A DNA stretch of 64,000 bases, taken from the NCBI GenBank assembly GCA_033442325.1, contig JAWQFM010000001.1, positions 2,021,479-2,085,478 on the forward strand, written 5' to 3'. The notes under the pieces were generated by a model, which saw only the letters and a program-made list of their open reading frames with translations, ran no database searches and had not been told where the DNA came from. Below are positions 58,949 to 64,000 of the stretch, in pieces. The DNA is from Salpingoeca rosetta (taxonomy: Eukaryota > Protista > Choanoflagellata). The first letter of the stretch is position 1. Each line of letters starts with the position of its first letter. Both the position numbers and the translations under genes were made by a program.

Positions 58949-59220
58949 ATGAGCCGTGTTGCTGGTGTTGGTGCTGGTGGTGCTGGTCGGAAGAAGGAAG
59001 GGGATGTGAAGCCACCAAAGGGCGAGAAGAGCTGGCTCTTCCCCATTGAGAAGGTGGCCAATTGCCCAAGTGTTGAGGAAGGTCTGCAGTTTGCAGACGT
59101 GGCCGCCTTCAAGTTCCGCGCCTACGACCTTGTCAAGCGGTTCCTGGACGATCTGTGCGTCGAGTTGTGTGTGTGCTTGTGTGCGTGTGTGTGTGTGTGT
59201 GTGCTTGTGTGTGTGTGTGC

Positions 59221-59270
<50 letters not shown>

Positions 59271-61231
59271 GTCTGTGTGTGTGTGTGTGTGTCTGTCTGT
59301 GTCTGTCTGTGTGCGTGTGTGCGTGTGTGCGCGCTGTTGCAGACTTGTTTGACAAGTGACCTGTCGCATAACCCCTATGCCTCTGCTTTCCCCTTATTAT
59401 TGCACACGTGATAGGTCTGCACCAACGGCATTGAAGGCAACCAGCATGACCTTGCTGCACCGCTTCTACATGTACCAGTCCATGCAAACCTTCCATTGGG
59501 TGGTACGTTTCCCTGCACACACACACACATACACATACACACATACACATACACACACATATTCACACACGTGCATGACACTCTTTGCGGAAAGGCTTTC
59601 CATCCTGCAGCCACCCTCGTACCAACATGCTCGCACCAAGCTACTCTCTCTCTCTCTCTCTCGCAGTCTCGCTCGGGACCTTGCTTGACGTCCAAAACTG
59701 CCTCACAGTTGCCTTCGCACATGCGCTCACCGCCCCCGCTTTGCAGTCGATGACTCAAGCGTGCATCTTTGCCGCGTGCAAGATGGAAGATCGCTTCATG
59801 CGCGCAGAGACCTTGCTGCAACGAATGGAGCGCGTCGTCCAGATTGCGTTGTGAGTCTCAGCTCAACCGCACCCTCCAACACGCCCCCACATTCGTACAC
59901 ACAAACACATGTGCACGCCATCTCCCTTGTCTTCTCTTCCTCTCTTGTTCTTTGGCGCCTATCTGACGCACTCTCCGCCACTCCATCGGATATGTGCGTG
60001 TGTGTGTGTGTTGTGTGTGCGGACCAACCCCGTGCGACAGCGGCCTCCCCAAGAAGCGGCTTGACACACAAACCAAGGAGTATTGGGATAAGCGGGAAAC
60101 GCTCATCATGTACGAGCGCATCCTCCTTCAGACTGTCGGTAAGCGTATTACATGCAACAAACGCACCACTTGCACCTGCTTCCTTGAACCTGCATGATCC
60201 CTACTTCACATCGTAGATCTCTGTCTCTCACGCACCCACTCACTCACACACACACACTCACACACATGCGTAGGCTTTGACTTTCCCCGCACAAACGTGA
60301 ACACGACGGTGTTGGAAATCGTCAAGTACCTCATTCGCAACGGCCTCCTCTGTACGTGCGTGTACCCTTGTGTGTGTGTGTGTGTGTCTGTGTGTGTCTG
60401 TGTGTCTGTGTGTCTGTGTGTGTACGTCTGTGTGTGTGTGTGTGTGTACGTGTGTGTGTTTGATGTGCTGTTGAGAGCATTCCTGCCTGTGCTCTCTGCT
60501 CGTACTCACACACACACACATGCTCATGCATGTAAATACACCCATATCATACACACACACACACCTCTGCAGCGAAAGAAAAGGGAAAGGACCTGTCCCA
60601 CTGCACGTGGTTCTGGGCGACGTTCACATATGCGCACCCAGACCTGCACCTCACCTCCTCGCGGGAGATTATTGCGCTTGGGCTTGTTTACTCTGCCATC
60701 CACACAAAGCGCATTGCCGTGCCCCTCAAGGACGGAAAGCCCTTCTGGGAAACATGTCTTCCACATGTTGGCGCCACAGAGAAGGACCTGCTCTGTACGT
60801 GTCGCCACAGTTATGGCCTTGCATTGTGCTGTTGTGTTTTTGATGGGCGCGGGCTGGCTCTGTTTCTCTTCACGTGCTTCTCCACACGCGCCTCGCTCAC
60901 ATCATCATCAACTCCCTTTGCCCCGTGCACACACACACACACATACACACACGCAACAACTGTGCACGAAACCATGCCTCCAATGCAGTCATCAGCGGGC
61001 GGCTCTTCCGCTTCTTTGCAAAGCACAATGAGCCTGAGAAGGACGTTAAACCAGGCGATCCAGCAAAGTTCAACACATCCCTGTCGTCGTCGTCATCGTC
61101 GTCATCGTCAAAGCCTGTTGTGCCAGGCAGTGCGTACTCGACGCAGCCCAACTCGCCTGCGGCGCCCGAGACGCCATCGACCGCCATCACGCCGCAGCCG
61201 TCGGCGGAGCACAGAGGAGGCTCCGCCACGC

Positions 61232-61312
<81 letters not shown>

Positions 61313-61511
61313 TTAAACAACAACAAGAGGCAGCTGCATCACAGCAAGCGCCATCATCCATATCCACAGCTGTCACAGCGGCAACGTCAGCGACATGCGT
61401 TGCCGTGAGTGGCGCCAGTGCACGCGTGACCACAACAACCGCAGTAACGACAACCGAGGTCACCATGGCGCAGACGTCTGCACCTGCACCCCCACCGCCA
61501 TCACAGGCCAA

Positions 61512-61548
<37 letters not shown>

Positions 61549-61644
61549 GGTGGTGGTGGTGGTGGTGCACGGCGTGCGAGCGATCGTGATCACGAGGATG
61601 GCAATCCAACGGCCAAGCGTCCACACCTCCAAGCATCGCAATAA
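58949..61644 (+). CDS. Transcriptional cyclin (cyclin T/K family) with S/Q-rich tail; multi-exon
   Basis: WLFPIEKVANCPSVEEGL, TSMTLLHRFYMYQS, ACIFAACKMED, YERILLQTVGFDF and DGKPFWE, plus a poly-Q tail and terminal AKRP basic motif. Confidence 0.85.
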
Positions 61645-61922
61645 CAGCGTGCTCTTGCGTCTGTGTCCTTGCTGCGCTGTCCCAATTCGTGTCCGTGATT
61701 GTTGGTCACGCGATGTACTGCTTGTTGTTCTCTTTCATCGTTGTTACATGACGTCTGTGTGCACCCCTTTCCTTGTCTGTGGGCGTTGTTTCACACACCC
61801 ACACCTTGCACTTGCACCTCTTGTGTGCTTGCTTCAGTCTGTAACTCAAACTATGTATGCATGTTAACTAGGAAGACGACCACCACACATAAGTAAAAGA
61901 ACAGCCAATGTAGGATACCGCT

Positions 61923-62004
<82 letters not shown>

Positions 62005-62091
62005 GAGCATATGATGGCAGGTATGTGCAAGGCAGCTCCCGCTGCCTTTATGTCACTGACAAATGCTCCAGCACCAAGATGATCAGTGATA

Positions 62092-64000
<1,909 letters not shown>

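Overview
Eukaryotic, gene-dense, intron-rich genomic DNA in which most introns carry (CA)n/(GT)n microsatellites. This style, together with an SH2-tyrosine kinase gene, points to a choanoflagellate such as Salpingoeca (inference). Most ORF-track entries are microsatellite noise (HTHT/CVCV). By manually joining GT-AG exons I can support 14 protein-coding genes: EHD/sarcalumenin-like GTPase with C-terminal TMs (-), NEK1-like kinase (+), importin-13 (+), ARMC8/Vid28 (-), a Q-rich protein with an N-terminal eIF4E-binding-type motif (-), CASP/CUX1 golgin (-), a putative TAF1C/Rrn6-like protein (+), an unknown protein (+), an SH2-TyrK-pseudoTyrK-PH kinase (-), VPS26 (+), UBA3 (+), mitochondrial bL34 (-), cyclin T/K (+) and TTC1 (-, partial). 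No tRNA, rRNA, CRISPR array or transposon was recognised. The most interesting items are the dual-kinase-domain tyrosine kinase with an NFG pseudokinase, the candidate 4E-T-like repressor and the candidate Pol I core-factor subunit. Two short compositionally alien segments look like filled assembly gaps. CDS coordinates are gene spans including introns, and family assignments come from recalled motifs, not database searches.
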